From NCBI RefSeq assembly GCF_009914755.1, contig NC_060939.1: a DNA stretch of 64,000 nt. One strand, written 5' to 3'. The notes under the pieces are model-generated. The model saw nothing but the letters and a program-made list of their open reading frames with translations, was not told where the DNA came from and did not search any database. This stretch comes from the human T2T-CHM13v2.0 reference genome, Homo sapiens. Position 1 is the stretch's first letter, and each line of letters begins with the position of its first letter. The translations under genes and the position numbers were made by a program. Below, piece after piece: positions 45,980 to 61,544 of the stretch.

Positions 45980-46150
45980 CAATGGCCAAGTTGCTTCACT
46001 TCTTGGTGCCTCAGTTTCCCCCTCTCCAAAATGGTTATAAGAATTGTCACATATGTATTTCATAGGGTTGTTGTGGAGCTTAAACAAGTTAATTCTTGTA
46101 AAGTGCTTTGAACAGTGCTTAGCACACAGTAGGCACTCCTAAATGTTACT
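45980..46150 (+). mobile_element. MIR SINE
   Basis: gcctcagtttcccc...catagggttgttgtggag...gtaaagtgctttgaacagtgcttagcacacagtagg. Confidence 0.75.
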
Positions 46151-46722
46151 GGTTGGAGTTTTCTCTCCAGCTGTCCAGAAAAAGTGAAGGCCAACTTGTG
46201 CCCCTGCCCTTCCCTCACCGAATCTGCAATCCCAAAACTTGCTGAGCTGGCAGAACACACAGAACATGAGGACATCACCTTTCAGATATGCTCAGCTGAG
46301 GGACTCAAGTTTGTCCTCTTTGGACTGTGTTTTCCCTGGATGTGCTAACAGGAGCCTGGACTTTCTGGATATTTTTATTTGCTGCATCACGTGGGATAAA
46401 TTACTTCCCCTCTCTTGGAAACAAGGGTTGGACTTCAGGACGGTTATAGCTCCTTCCAGTGCCAAAGCAGGTTTGGGATGCAGCCTGGAATGGGGGGGAC
46501 TTGACAGTTGGGGACTTAGCAGGTGTTATGGGCTGAACTGTGTCCCCCAAGAATTCATATGTTGAAGTCCTAACCCCCAGTGCCTCAAGATGTTATGGTA
46601 TTTGGTGACAGGGCTTTTGAAGTAAAGAGATGAATAAGGTAAAATGAAGCCATCAGGGTGGGCCCTAATCCAAATCTGCCTAGTGTCCTTATCAGAAAAG
46701 GAAATCTGCACGAAGACATGTA

Positions 46723-47068
46723 GAGTTGGCCCTCCCTGTCTGTGGGCTCCTCATCCATGGATTCAACCAACTCTGGATTGAAAATATTTGAAGAAAAAAA
46801 AGGATGTTTGTATCTGTACTGAATATGTATGAACTTTTTTTCTCATCATGATTCCTGAAACAATACAGTATAACAATGATTTACATAGCATTTGCATTGT
46901 ATTAGGTATTATAAATAATCTGGAGATGATTTAAAGTATAGTGGAGGATGTGCATAGTTTATATGCAAATACTGTGCTATTTTATATAAGGGACTTGAGC
47001 ATCTGTGGATTTCAGTATCCGAGGTGGGGTCCTGGTACCAGTTCTCCATGGATACCGAGGGAGGCCTG
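46723..47068 (+). mobile_element. MER2 (TcMar-Tigger) DNA transposon
   Basis: TA-flanked; catggattcaaccaac...aagggacttgagcatctgtggattt...ggataccgaggga. Confidence 0.85.
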
Positions 47069-47088
47069 TACAGAGGGAGACCTTGTAG

Positions 47089-47482
<394 letters not shown>

Positions 47483-49051
47483 TGATCTCAGGCTTCTAAC
47501 CTCCAGAACTATGAAAAAAATAACTTGCTGTCGTTTAAGCCACTCAGTCTGTGTGCCTTGTTATGGCAGCCCAAGCAGACGGATACAGTGGGGTATAGGT
47601 TGTTCATCTGGTTCCATAAGGACGGCTTTGGATTCACCAGGTTGCCAGGATCTGTTGAGGGCAAGGATGTGTGTTCCTGGTGCTTCTGAGAGTCCTTCAG
47701 CATTGGGTCTGTGGCCCCTGGGGTCTCTGGGATGACAGAAACCAGGGCTGAGCATGTAGAGAATGGTGGATCATTCTAGCCCCACTGTGTGCCAGCCCTG
47801 CGCGTTCTTTGTCTCCCTTAGTCCTCCCAACACTTCAGGGAAGATATTCTTAACGACATTTTTCGGAGGGGGAAACAGTGGCTTAGAGAGCCACCTGCCC
47901 AAGGATTCCAGCTGTTTTCTGCCTGACCCCAGACACATGCTCTTTCCTGCATACCCCGTGCCCCTCCAAAAAGGCCTCCCACATTGTCCTGGCTGGCCTG
48001 TGCCCCTGTCACTGTGTGGCGGTGTAGACCCTGGCACCCTGTACCCCAGAGGCAAGGGAGAGCCAGGAAGGGCCCAGGCTCCAAAGCAGGAATGTACCCC
48101 CCCGCCGACCCCCCACCCCCAGCTTTCCTCAGCTCTTTTTCTGTTGTTTCTTTGGTCAGCCGGGCCCTGTTATCTTCCTCTGAGCCTGACGCCTTGTTCT
48201 TCCTGTTTAAAATTCAGACTCTGGACTTTTCCTTTGGGGGCGGTTATATGTTTGTTTTGTGTTTTGGATTCTCCTCCAGCCCCTGTCTCTGGCCCTTTAG
48301 GTCACCCAGGCTTAGCACTAAACCCGTTTTGAATACCCCAGTGACTGAGTAGGGGGTCCTCTCTGCCCAATTCCCTGGCAGGGGAAGAGGGAGGATTCTG
48401 CCGCTCTTTCTCTGGCTGTCACATCCAGGCTCCACCAGCCCTGTTCCGCTGCCCCCTGTTCACCCCACGGCTCCCCTTCCAGTCCCATCCCACGCTGAGG
48501 GGCTCCAGGCTCCCTGCAGCACTCTGTTTTGAGCCCAGCACACCCCAGGAAGGAGATTCAGCCATAGAAGAAGAAAAAAGCTCAACTGTGAGTCACCCCG
48601 ATGGGCTGCATTTTTGATAGTGGAGACAAGACCTTAAAATAGCTGGCATTGCTGCCTAAGGGGAGAGGGCACGGAACTGGGAGTGAGGAGACCTGGGCTC
48701 CCATCTTGGCTGTGCACTCTGTGCTGTGTGAGCTTGGGCATGTCATGTCCCTCTCTGGACCTCAGTTTTGCCACAGAAGGGTGGCTGGGAGTTGGGCCAG
48801 CCACCCCTGAGGTCCTCCCAACCTGATAAGCTGTGAGTTCAGGTCATCGTGAGATGCTCTTGAGGACTCCGGGTGGGGTAACTGTGGGGAGACCCAGGGG
48901 ATAGAGCACAAGCACGGGGTGAAGTGTGGAAGTGTGCTCAGCTTTGCAGTGCAGACCCAGCCCCACCTCCTCCAGGCAGCCTTCTCTGGCCTCCTGGGCC
49001 ATCCTCTGAGCCAGGATTCCACCCTCACCAGGAACACTGGGAAGGCCTTAG

Positions 49052-49377
<326 letters not shown>

Positions 49378-51779
49378 TTGATTTTTAACCTCTCTGAGCC
49401 TCAGTGTGTTTCTTCGTCAAATGGAAATAATATCTATCTTGCAGGCCTGTTGGGAAGACTGGAGATGGTGTGGGGCCTAGCACAGAATGGTGGGCCTGAT
49501 GGTCATTATCTCCCAGTAGGAGAATGTATGTGAGGGCTTCTCCCTGGCTGTGAGCTCCTAGAGAGCAGGTGTCTGGTCACACCTATCCTTGGGTGCCCCT
49601 AGCCCAGGGACCATTGACTGAAAAGGGAGCTGCCTCAGTGAGATGTGGTGTCAGGCATCCCTTGACCCTCCCTCACATCCACTGCTTACCTTTCTACTCC
49701 AGCTCTTGCTAGGGCAGCTAGCTCTGTGCAGGTGTCAACTGATAGCACCTGGCCTTGCAGCCCAGCTTAGTGCTTGCTTCCTGCCCCAGGTGACAAGAAC
49801 CAGTGGGTGATGTTTTCCTTCCAAATTGCAGGGGACCAATTCTGAGCCACATCCTACCCATTCCTCAGAGGGTCCCCAAAATTATGGGACCCCAGGACCC
49901 CACAGCAGTGCTAGCTCGCTAACGCCCCACAGGCTGGCTTTTATTCCTTGCCTGTTTCACTCATCCCAGGTCCTCATTGCTGACTCTGGAGGGCATCTGG
50001 GAGAGTCCCGAGACTTTGAGGAAGGTCCCCTGGGATAGTGGTCAGTGCGTGGGCTGCAGCCGGCATGCCTGGAAACCTCAGGCTGAAGCCAGCTGGGTGG
50101 GGCAGGAGCCTGGTGATGGGGCACAGCCCTATGCAAGGCCTTTGCCCAGATTCTCTCTGCTCTGCTCAGCGGCGCAGAGGTGGGGGGGCTCATTGTCCCA
50201 TCTTGTGGGCGGAGCTGCAGATGAAAGTAGCAGAGCTGGATATGGAAGCCCCCCTGCAGATTGCTAGTCCACCCAGGCCTCATTCATCCCGCTGGCTCCC
50301 TGAGGAAGGGCCGGAGCCGAGTTCTGCTCCACTCCTTTCTCCTTTCATTTGCAGGTTTTGGAATATCTTTTCTGTTTACTAATTTTGGAAAAAGTCTAGC
50401 TGTTTTTTGCCATCTCTCAACTCTTCCCCTTTGAACCCTCAGGGAAGGCCCTGTAGCTCAGGGGCAAAGGTCTGAGGGGCTTCCTGCACCCACCCCAGGG
50501 CCCTGTAGCCTCCCCCAGACAGGGAAAGCTGGCTGCCCTAGAGCACCTTGCAAAGGTCCAGCTGTTAGGAGCCTTAGTTTCCACATCTGTAAAGTGGGCC
50601 CAATAACATAGCTGACCTTATAGGGCCCTTGTGAAGATTGGTTCAGATAACACAGAAGATGACCCATGGTGAGCTGGCTCTATTTTATTTCTTGTTCTGA
50701 GTGGTTTCCTGCCTCCTCAGGCAGCAGAATCAGGTTCTGGCAGACTTGGGTGAGGTATGGGATGGAAGAGCACCTAAAGTTTGGAACCAGAGAACCAGGT
50801 CCCAGCCTGGCTTTGCTGCTAACTGGCTGTGGAACTTTGGCCCCCTGCACAGTGCCGAAGACACCACCTGTACGTGGGTACATTGTGAGGAGGCTCCAGT
50901 GAGGGGTAGGGCTGGTATGCTGGGGCTTGTCCCTGCTGGCCTGTTCTCAGTCCCCACCCCAGCCAGCCTCGGCACAAGGACAGGCGGGCACAGTGATCCC
51001 CACGTAGCTGGCTCCCAGCATCCTGCCGCCAGCTCCCCAGGCTGCCCGTCTGCAAGCCCTGCCCAGCCCTGCCCGGCCCGCCAGAGTGGCTGAGGGCCTG
51101 GAGCCGATGGAATCAGCGTGCCCTTCCCTTCTTTGTCTGCTGGTGCTTCCTTCCCTTCACAGCGTGCTTTCTTTTTTCTGGTTTATCAGGTCCTGGGGAA
51201 AGCCTGGGCCAGCCAGGCTCCCAGCCGAGCACCCTTGGGAGGCCGCCAGCCGGGAGCAGACATCCCCATTTCAGTCTCCGGGCCGGCAGCTCAGCAGTCC
51301 CCTCCCTCCACCTGATCCCAGCAGTTCCAGCCTGGCGGCCAGGGCCCAGGGACCCAGGCCCAATCCTAGCATGGAGGTGGTGGGGGTCCCCAGTGTCCTG
51401 AGACCTGAGAACTTCTCTTTCATAGGGTGGAAGCCTGAGGAGTCCTTTGGATACATTGAGACCCACCCCCCTCCTCACTTTAGGAGGGAGGAAACCGAGG
51501 TCTACAGACAGGCAGTGCCTGGAGGAGCCGGACCCTGGCTCAGGGCTCCTTCTCAACCAGCTGCAGCTTCCTCTTCTCTTCCGCAACACAGCGGGCAAGT
51601 CCAGGGGTCTGTGGTCTGAAAATTCCAGCTATGTATCGTGACCCCATCACTCACTAGCTGGGCAAGTTAACAAACATCTATTCTTCAGTTTACAAATCTA
51701 TACAATGAAGATAATGATGCCTGCCTCACTGGCTGTTCTGAAGGTTAGAGGAGCCAGTGTAGATGACTGCCCACCCCAG

Positions 51780-52008
51780 GATGGGCATTCTCAATGGGAG
51801 TGATATTGCCCTCAAGGGAGCAAAACTTGGTTCAGGAAGGGGGTTAGAAAAAGTCTTCAATTATGAATATACATAGAGTGCAGAGCAGATATTCAGTATC
51901 TCTGTACTGTTAGAATTTTGTAGTGGGGAACGATTAGAAAAAAACTTATAAAGATTCTTTGGGGGGTAGGAGTCCTTATGAACAAAAAGGTGAGAAACAT
52001 CACTCTAG
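51780..52008. mobile_element. Probable hAT-Charlie fragment (MER112-like)
   Basis: ttctcaatggg ... aaaaaggtgagaaacatcactctag, Charlie-like termini; family uncertain. Confidence 0.4.
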
Positions 52009-52629
52009 CGTTAGAGCTCAGTTACTTCATCCCTCTACATACCCCTTTCCTCTCTTCCCTGGCTGCCCCCACCCAGCACAGGCTGTGCAGTAAGGTCAGG
52101 AATCAGGTTATGCCCGTCTTCTCAAAAACTCCTGAGAGGGGGTGGTGGGATCACCCACGTTTTGACATCAGAAAAGCTCACTCATTTGTTCATTCATTCA
52201 TTTGACATTGCCCAAAGTCACAAAGCTACCTTTCAGAATAGTGCGCAAGTTGGGCAGTGATGGCCCTGATCCCAGCTCTCAATGAATAACCAGGACAAAC
52301 AGCCAGGAAATGTAATACACCTGTACTAGAGGTGCGACCAAAGCCGGGTGGGCAGGCTAGGTGGGATGGCAGGCTCATCAGAGAAAAAGGGACATATGAG
52401 GGGGGCTTTGATGGATGGGTAGGAGTTCTCAGAAAGAATAAGGCAGAAGGAAGTGCCAGGTTAGGGGCATAACCTGAGCAAAGATACACAGGTATGCCTG
52501 AGGCCTGATGTGGGATTGGAGCTCTGGCAAGGAGTGGGTGAACAGGAGACCATCACACCTAGGGAGTGACTTCACTGGGTAGCCTTGTTCATCATTTCTC
52601 TTTGGTCCAATTTCTCCCCTGTAATGTCA

Positions 52630-52905
52630 TTTTTTTTTTTTATAGACAAAGTCCGGTGGTGCAATCTCAGCTCACTGCAGCCGCCGGCCTCCGCCTCCCA
52701 GGTGCAAGCAATTCTCCTGCCTTAGCCTCCCAAGTCGCTAGGACTACAGATGCGCACCACCATGCCCCGTTAATTTTTGTATTTTTAGTAGAGACAGGGT
52801 TTCACCATGTTGGCCAGGCTGGTCTCGAGCTCCTGACCTCAAGTCATCCACCCGCCTCAGCCTCCTAAAGTGCTGGAATTACCGGCATGAGCCACTGCCC
52901 CGATC
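52630..52905 (-). mobile_element. Alu SINE with 3' deletion
   Basis: Reverse Alu. Confidence 0.9.
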
Positions 52906-53639
52906 AAATGTCCTTTGATATGCAAGTCATGTGTGTTCTTTGTAGGAAGGTTGGGAAGCCTTAAGAAACAAACAGAAGCCCCAGTCTTCCACGTTGGAGG
53001 GAGTTTTTGCAGAGGTTTCTGTGCTTTGTGTCTCCTCCTCCTGTCTCTGATGAGCTGGCCCTTGCTTTCCGGGCCGCTCACAACTCTGCTCACAGGAGAC
53101 AGCTCTGCCCCGACGGTGGGGCAGACGAGGGAGCTCCGAGCTGGGAGGAAGCTGGGTCCTGAAGGGGCTTTTTCTCTGGCCTTAGCTCCTGTGCCTGACC
53201 TGGTTCACTTTCAGGAGGTTCTTAGTCACATGTACCCTAAAGCTCTCTTGCCGAAGAAGCATATTATTTCTTGCTTTCTGTGCTACCTGCAAGCAGTGGG
53301 TAGCAAAGAACTCTGGGTTCCTGCATGTTTATTAGATAACTAACCAATAAAATAAAACAAACACACCAACAATTCCTTGCAGGCCTGTTGGGCAGAGCTA
53401 GGCTTTGCCTGGGACACCTGTCTTCAGTTGCCCTTGAATCTCAAGGCTTTAGACAGAGTAAACCTGATGACTTACATTATCTGTGAGGAAACTTTCAGAC
53501 TTCTCCTTCTGCAAGAGCAATGCCAGCCACACCTGGGCTCTGCCCAGGCCTCAGTCTCCCCATCTGTTACATGAGGGGACTGGACAAGTTGATCTCTTTA
53601 GCCTTTTCCAGTGCTCACCCTGTAGTTTCAATGATTACA

Positions 53640-53988
53640 CTGTCATACCTCCTTGCTTTGGCTCCTGCAGTGCCCTCTGCCAGGGATACCCTGCCTCTTG
53701 TTTCTGTCTGGCCCACTCCTCCTCACCTTTCAAGACCTGCTTCAAAGGCCACTGCTTCTGGGAAATCTTCCCCAATCTTTTCAACTAGAAGAGTTCATGC
53801 CTTATTCTGGAATCTTACCTCATAGTGCTCGTATCTTGGCAGTGCACTGAGAAGTATGTCCTGGCCCACCCAGGAGCAACCTGAAATCAGGGGCTGTTTT
53901 GCTCAACACTGAATCCCAGCACTAGCACAATGCCTGACATTTAGAGGGTGCTCTGTGAATTTGTGGAATGAATGAGTAAATTAATGAG
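53640..53988 (+). mobile_element. L2 LINE 3' fragment
   Basis: tccctctgccagggatacc...gcactagcacaatgcctgacat...tgtggaatgaatgagt. Confidence 0.6.
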
Positions 53989-54535
53989 GGAGTCAATGGC
54001 TGGATGACCCTAAAGGTCAGTGGCTTGGGAGTCCTCCCCCACTAACCATGTCTCAGCATCTTGGTAAAATTGGCCGGTAGTTGGTATTTGATGCGGCTCA
54101 GCTGGGAGGGCTGGGTGAAGTGCATGTACCCATTTATTTGGTTTGGCTGGTCTGTTGCCTTGTACAATACAGCCTTAGTCTGGGGAAGCTCATGGGAGCC
54201 ATGGGGAAGTGGGACAGGGAGGGCCCACAATGGTCTGAAGATTCTGGCTGCCTGGGTCACCAGCCATCTGGGCCAGCCTCCTGGCCGTCTGACTCATCTC
54301 CGGCGGCCAGGGCACAGAGATGACCCAGCCAGTGCCAGAGGTCACCAGGCCTGGCCAGCAGACAGAAATGACTCCTGAGAGCCACTGCTCCAGCCCTGGA
54401 CCTAGAATACAGACAGGGAAACTGAGGCCTGGAGAAAGAAAGCCCCTGCCCCAGGACTCATCATCGATGTGTGGAATCATAAAAGCTGAGTGGGGTGGGA
54501 ACTCAAAGGTTACTCTGGTCTAATTCTATATTTAT

Positions 54536-54846
<311 letters not shown>

Positions 54847-55181
54847 TGAAAAATGGGGGTGCCACACACCAAGTGAGTGTCACCATGACTGCCTTTTGTC
54901 TTGTGGTTGTTGCATGTCAGACATGAGGCTAAGCACTCCACTCTAGATTAGTGTTCATTTTATAAATGAGGAAACTGTTTCAGAGAAGTTAAGCAACGTG
55001 TTAAAGATCACACAGCTGCTAAGTGGTATAACTAGGACTGAACTCTGTGCTAGGCTGACGTTTATGCTTATACTTCTGACTGCTTGGCAATACTGCCTCT
55101 TTGTTGCCAGATGTGGACTTGTGGATAAATTATATTCTTTTATTTTTTATCAAAATTTCTGCATTTTCTAATTTTTCTTCA

Positions 55182-55503
<322 letters not shown>

Positions 55504-56799
55504 CTAAGTATCTCTAGGCATCTCTTTATACCCTCTCCCAAACCAGCTGTCTTCAAAACCAACCCCCTTCAAAAATTATCAAAGAGAGACCCCTCAGCCT
55601 TCCCCACAACTTAACTGACTGCAAGGTCACCAGTACCTTTTGCAAACACAGACCCAGCATGGTCAGAATGTTTCTGCGCCCAGGTGCTGAGGCAGCAGGG
55701 AAAACATTGGCCTGGGAACCTGTGATCTGCGGTCTGGCCTGTTGCCTGCTCTGGAGCTCTGAGAAAGTCACTGCCCCTCTCTGGGCCTCAGTTTCCCCAT
55801 CTGTCAATGAGTTAGACCAGGAGAGCTCTGAGGACCCCTCCTGACCTCGTGGTCCTGTTTGCAGAGTGTTCTGTAAACCTCAAGGTAAGATAAAGGCACC
55901 TCAGGTTATCTCACATCTCTATGGCAGTAGGAATTTCAAATAACTTTCCCCCCACCAAGTAACTGGCAGGCCAGCCACTCTGGGGAACAGCCCTGTAGGC
56001 AATCCTGCCAATGTGTGTTTGTGAACAGAGTTCATCGAGGTCTTGCTTTGTGTAAATAGTGTGGAAACACAGATACCCTCCCACGCTATAGCCCTGGCTG
56101 CCCACCAGGTGATTGGGTTTGGATGCTGTATCTTGGGGGTTGACCTTTAAGGAGGCAGGCAAGAAGTCACTGTTCAGCATGTGCATCTCTTCTTGGAGGA
56201 TCTGTAGTTTATCAGGACTCTGGGGAGGACAATGCTTATGAGAAAGGAGTGGAGGTCTGAGGGGGTACTTCCAGGATAAAGGATGGGCAAAGAGTAGTGT
56301 TTTCCTGAGGCCTCCCAAAGCACTTCCATGTGGACCAGTCTGGTTGGCATGAAGAATCTGGGCCAATGGGGATGTCCTCATCTATAAGCAAGCTCCCCCT
56401 GTGATCATCCTGCTGTTCCAGCCTGGCACTGTGCTACTCTCTGTTTGTCCCTGATGTCCTGTTTCTGTGGCTATGACTCCCTGGAAACAGGTCTGTTAGG
56501 CCAGACGTTTTCCTCCACAGTGGCCCTGACCATATAGAAAGGGCACAATCTTGGCTCTCCCATCCACCACCAACACCAAGTTGGAGAAAGACAGGGAGCA
56601 AGTGGAGCCAGGAGTCCGGGGAGGCTTCCTGGAGGAGGTGGTCTCTGAGCAGAGTCTGCAGATGACTAGACAAAAGAAACAGGAGACCAGGACTTGGTTC
56701 TGAGGATGATGGGGAACCGGGGAACCAGAAAACCAGGCCATAGAGGAGGACGGAAGACAGATTTGTGTTTCAGAAAAGCAGTGTCTGTGGGGAGGGGGA

Positions 56800-57480
56800 G
56801 GAACTCACGAACTTGAGATATGAAGGCAGACTGGTGGGATCGGGTGTGGGTGAGAGAGGCAGTGGGAGGGGTCAGGGATGCTCCTAAGTTTCTGCCTGGG
56901 GGAAGGGGCAGGGGAATCTCAACATGTCCTTTTAGGGCAGGTTGCTTTCAAGGAGGCCAGGGAGAGCCAGGCGGAGTGTCCAGTGTGCAGCTAGATGAAG
57001 GCATTTGATGTTTTTGAGTCAGTTGTGTCCAGGTGGTAGTTGAATCTGTGAGCAAGGGTGAATCTTGAGACAGTGGGAAGAGGGAGCCTGAAGCTGGGGT
57101 GTCCCAGTGTTAGAGGCAGGGTGATCAGAGGGGGAGGGGGACCTGGCGATCACGAGCCCTAGGACACACAGACAAAGGCAGTTCAGAGAGGGAGCATCCC
57201 GCAGGGCCCAACTGCACACAAGGTTGTGTGGATTTGGCCACAGGGAGGCCACTGATGGGCCTGTCGAGGGCAGGTCAGTGGAGGGTGAAGCAGAGGCCAG
57301 ATGGACCCACTGAGCCCGAGGCCCTGGCATCTCTCTCGGGGGGCCCTGCCACAGCCTCCCAGTTGGTGTCCCTGCTTCTGTCCTCACCCTCCAGTCCATT
57401 CACCACACAATGGCCAGAGGACTCTGAAAAACACACCCGGGTCATGGCACTCCCCGCCTCCGACCCTCTCTCTACCTCCT
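56800..57480. mobile_element. L2 LINE fragments in both orientations
   Basis: gtcagggatgctcctaagtttctgcctgggg...gtccaggtggtagttgaatctg (minus) then cagcctcccagttggtgtccctgcttc...ccagtccattcaccacaca (plus). Confidence 0.5.
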
Positions 57481-58419
57481 CGCCACCACCCCTGACGTGG
57501 ACCACTGAGGCCCATGCCTTCTGGCTTCTGCCCTCTCCTTTCACGTCTTGGGCCCCTGCTCTGAACAAGGGGCCTGTTTTTCGCTCTCAGATCTGTGGGG
57601 GTCTCCTCTGGCTTCAGCACCTCCACCCAGAAGACCCTCACGGCCCACACTCTCACCCTTCACCTGGGTCAACCCGCCCTCAGATCTGAGCAATCAGTGT
57701 CTCCCAAGGGAAGCCTCCCCGAACACCCGCTCCCTGCGCCCACATAGTTCAGGTTCTCTAGTTTTATACGTGCTGTGCCACATACAAAACACTCCTCACA
57801 GGCCTACCTAAGTTTTTAATCACGTGCCTTATCTGCCTTTCTCATTCGAACGTGAACTATTGAGAGGGACCGGGGCCAGTTCTGCTGTGTCCTCCATAAA
57901 CTGCAACCAGGCATGGCACCTGGCATGGAGTGGGTGCCCAGTACATGGGAATGAATTAGTGCTAATGAATGAGGACAAGGATACAAAGGGATTAAAGAGA
58001 GTATATAGGACAAATGTTGTCACTGAGACACTTGCATGAGAAGCTGGAAAAGGACAGTGTGATTCTTGGAGGGGGCAGGGGGTTTAACCACCTGGTGCCA
58101 GCCTCCGTCAGGCTTCCTGTCTATATTAAAAAGGTAACGATCATAATCGTTGGGCACACAGTGTGTGGTCAGTAGATGCTGGTAAACAGCCTCGCACCTG
58201 CTTCCGAGGTCTTACAGCGCAGTTCAGGCTGGGCTGAGGGTGCGGTCTCATCCACCATCCTGTCAGGACGGTGAATCTCCCCGACCCCCAGCAGGACCAG
58301 CTCAGGGCTGGGCTCTCCCACAGTCCAGGAGAGCCCACGGTGCTGTGGGGTCGTAGGACCTTGGCGTCAGGCCACTCCATTCCCAAGTTCCCAGGGACCC
58401 CTGCCCTCCCCAAACTGGA

Positions 58420-58920
58420 GCACCAGGCGCGGGACAAAGGAGGGGGCGCCCGGCATCCCTGGCCTGTCTGAGTAGGTCGACTACTGCCCCCAGCCTCTCT
58501 CTGGGGCGGGGCAGGGCCCTACCAGGGTGAACCCGGGGAGGGCATCCCGGCTGTGAGTGGGGCGCATCAGGGTCGCCCCCACCCCCTCCCGCGGCCCGCC
58601 CCTCCCGCGCCGCCGGATGTTTGAGTTTGGTTTTTGTGATCGAGCGGAGCTGGGAGGGGTCGCCCGGGAGCCGCCGCCTTATCGGGCTGTCCCCGCGCTG
58701 TCTCCCGCTGCCCCGGCCTCCCAGGCTGGCGGCCTCTCCCCCCACCCGGCTCCCGGCCCGGCTCCGCGCTGGCGGGCCGGTCCCTCTGGGCTCCTGGAGG
58801 GCAAAGCTGGGGGTGGTGGGGTCCTGCAGAGCGGGGCCGAGCCCGCCCGCAGCGCCTGGGGCCTGGGGAGTGGGTGGTAGGGTAGGACTGGTGTCACGAA
58901 GACGCCCCGAGGGCAGGAGG
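58420..58920. promoter_or_regulatory. CpG island (promoter/enhancer-like, no linked gene identified)
   Basis: High CpG density, GC boxes (GGGGCGGGGC, CCCGCCCC), ETS CCGGATGT, CTTATC. Confidence 0.82.
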
Positions 58921-59011
58921 CCCTAACCACTCCCTTGGCAGTGGATGTGGGGAGTGGGAGGAACTGGAGGGCTTTTTTTTTTTTTTTTTTTTTTGGAGAT
59001 TGCCCCATCCC

Positions 59012-59158
59012 TTTTTTGTTTTGTTTTGTTTTTTTGTTTTTTTGAGAGACTGGTCTTACTATGTTGCTGAGGCTGTTTTCAAACTCCTGAGCTCAAGCGA
59101 TCCTCCTGTCTGCCTTCCAAAGTGTTGGGATTACAGGTGTGAACCACCGCGACTGGCC
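59012..59158 (-). mobile_element. Alu left monomer (FLAM-like)
   Basis: Single reverse arm with (TTTTG)n tail; TSD ccccatccc. Confidence 0.8.
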
Positions 59159-60115
59159 CCCATCCCCATTTTATGGAAGAATACCCAGAGCTCAAAAAAG
59201 GACACCAACCGGCTAAAGCCACCCCCAGGCGCCATCAAGATCCTCCCCAGCCCCGGCCTGGAACGGCTTTCCTCTCCCGGGGCCCGTTGCCCGTGGCAAA
59301 GAGGCGAGGTCTGCTGAGCCCCGGAACATGCTAACCTCCAGTGAGGCCTGTGGGGGCCCAGGCCCCAACACAGTGAAAAATGATTGGGTTCCTCTCTCTG
59401 CTCCCAGCCACACTGGCCTCCTTTCGCTCTGGCTGGTCCCTCAGCCTAGAATGCTCTCTTCATCTCGGCTTACAGGAATCCTGTCTCTCCAGGGCACCAC
59501 CCGAGACTACCTTCATTCAGCCCCTAGAGGATGGAGGACTAGAACCTCACCTATGAAAAAGAGCAAATACCACCAGAGGACAATCGAGTGAGGGTTCTGA
59601 AGCTTGGGGTTCCCTTCGTGAAGTGGGGAGCTGAGATGGCAGAAGACACCTCTCCGCCTCCTGAAGCAGCCCAGGAGGTTTCAGGTGAAGACACCTGAGA
59701 TGGGAGGAGGTGGTGTAACCTGACATCCAGGATCTAAGGGTGTGGTCAGCCCTGCAGGGCCCATACCCAAAGGTGAATCTGAGCCCAGATTTCATGCAGC
59801 CACTCAGCAGTCCCCACAGTGGTATCCAGTGGCTGTGTGTCAGAGGGTGGGGCTGCTGAGCAGGGAGGGTAAGATTGGAGCAGGCATTGTGGAGTCCTGG
59901 GGGAGGAGGGAAGTCAGGGACCATCCAGGAGGGAAACTTTCAGCTGCTCTGGAGTGGTTAAAAAGAAGAAGGTAGGAACAGGAAGGTAGATTCTGGCACA
60001 GGCAAAGGTCTGGGGGCCCACGAGAGGAATTTGGGGGCAGGGCTTTAGAAAGATGGAGGGATGGCTGGTGTCGGTGGAGATGTCAGGGTAAGCTGGGGCC
60101 CACTGGGGAGACTCT

Positions 60116-60425
60116 TTGTCGTTGTTGTTGTTGTTGTTGTTGTTGAGACGGAGTCTCACTCTGTCGCCCCGGCTGGAGTGCAGGGGTGCGATCTCGGCTC
60201 ACTGCAACCTCTGCTGCCTGGGCCCAAGCGATTCTCCTGCCTCAGCCTCCTGAGTAGCTGGGATTACAGGTGTGTGCCACCACGCCCAGATAATCTTTGT
60301 GGGTTTTAGTAGAGACGGGGTTTCACCATCTTGGCCAGGCTGGTTTTGAACTCGTGACCTCGTGATCCACCCGCCTCTGCCTCCCCAAGTGCCGGGATTA
60401 TAGGCATGAGCCACCGTGCCTGGCC
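60116..60425 (-). mobile_element. Alu SINE with (TTG)n tail
   Basis: (GTT)n followed by reverse Alu; TSD ggggagactctt. Confidence 0.95.
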
Positions 60426-61544
60426 GGGGAGACTCTTAACCCCAAGGCAACGACAGAGGAACCTGTCTCACATTACTCAACTGACTCCCACATTCATGAA
60501 ATGGTAAATCATAGGTGTTATGCCCATTTTATAGTCAAGCAAACTATGGCCCAGGGAAATGACTTGGCCAAGACTATGTCAGTAACTAGGAGAATTGGAA
60601 TTTGAGCCCAGATCATCCTGTCACAAGGGCCCAGGCTGCTGCCTCCCTGCTACCGCCTCTGGGGAGTGGCCTGGGGAGAGGCCTTTGGGTTAATTTACTC
60701 CAACCTCCTCCACTCTGTTTTTGTGGATGAGGACACAGAGGGCCTGAGAGGAGCCAGGCTTAGCCCCACTGTCCTTCTTCCTAATGTGACACCATCTGAC
60801 ATCCTCCCAGGGTTCCCAGGCCAGGAGCTGGTTAATAACACAGATTTCCCTCCCCTCCGTGCAGCCTCCTGCTCTCCCATTTAGTGGGTCCTGGGTGGGG
60901 CCTGGGAATCTGTATTTTTGGCAAGCTTCTTGGTGGTTCTGTGTCTGCTGCTTGCCCTCAGGCATTTGGGGCCCATAAACTTTTCCCTCCAGCCTCTCAC
61001 TGAGCCCCATCTCCGCTGGCTTCCTCCCTTCCCCCTCAGCTTACTCCCCAAGGGCACACATTCCCCCCATTCCCCTCCACTTCTGTGCACCCCAGGCCCT
61101 TCCTCTTCAGGCTCCCCCTCTCTCAGAAAAGTGAAAACACATGGTTTCCTAGGCAACCACATCCCTCCTCCTAGCTTGCCCTGAGACCTCCCAGCGTCTC
61201 TCCCCCGTTCAGAGGAATATTTCAAATACCAGCCTTGCCAGCCTCACTGTCAGCTGGGGCTGACAAAGGCTGAGTCCCCGCAAACTCTTCTCTCTGCAGG
61301 ACAATAGCCCTGTTCCCCTCCAACCTAGAGTCCTGGGATCTCAGGAACAAGTTCCAGGCCATCACCTTAGTTACCCCTGAGGCCCACTCCGCTCACTGTC
61401 TCTCAGCAGAGAGGCCTGGTGCTATTTGGCCTTAGAGATTTGTTTGGATGGGGATACTAGAGCCCAGAGAGGGAAGGGACTCACCCAGGTCACACAGCAA
61501 AACTGTGGCGTGACCAAGGGACTCCAGGGAACAGAAGGGAGGAT

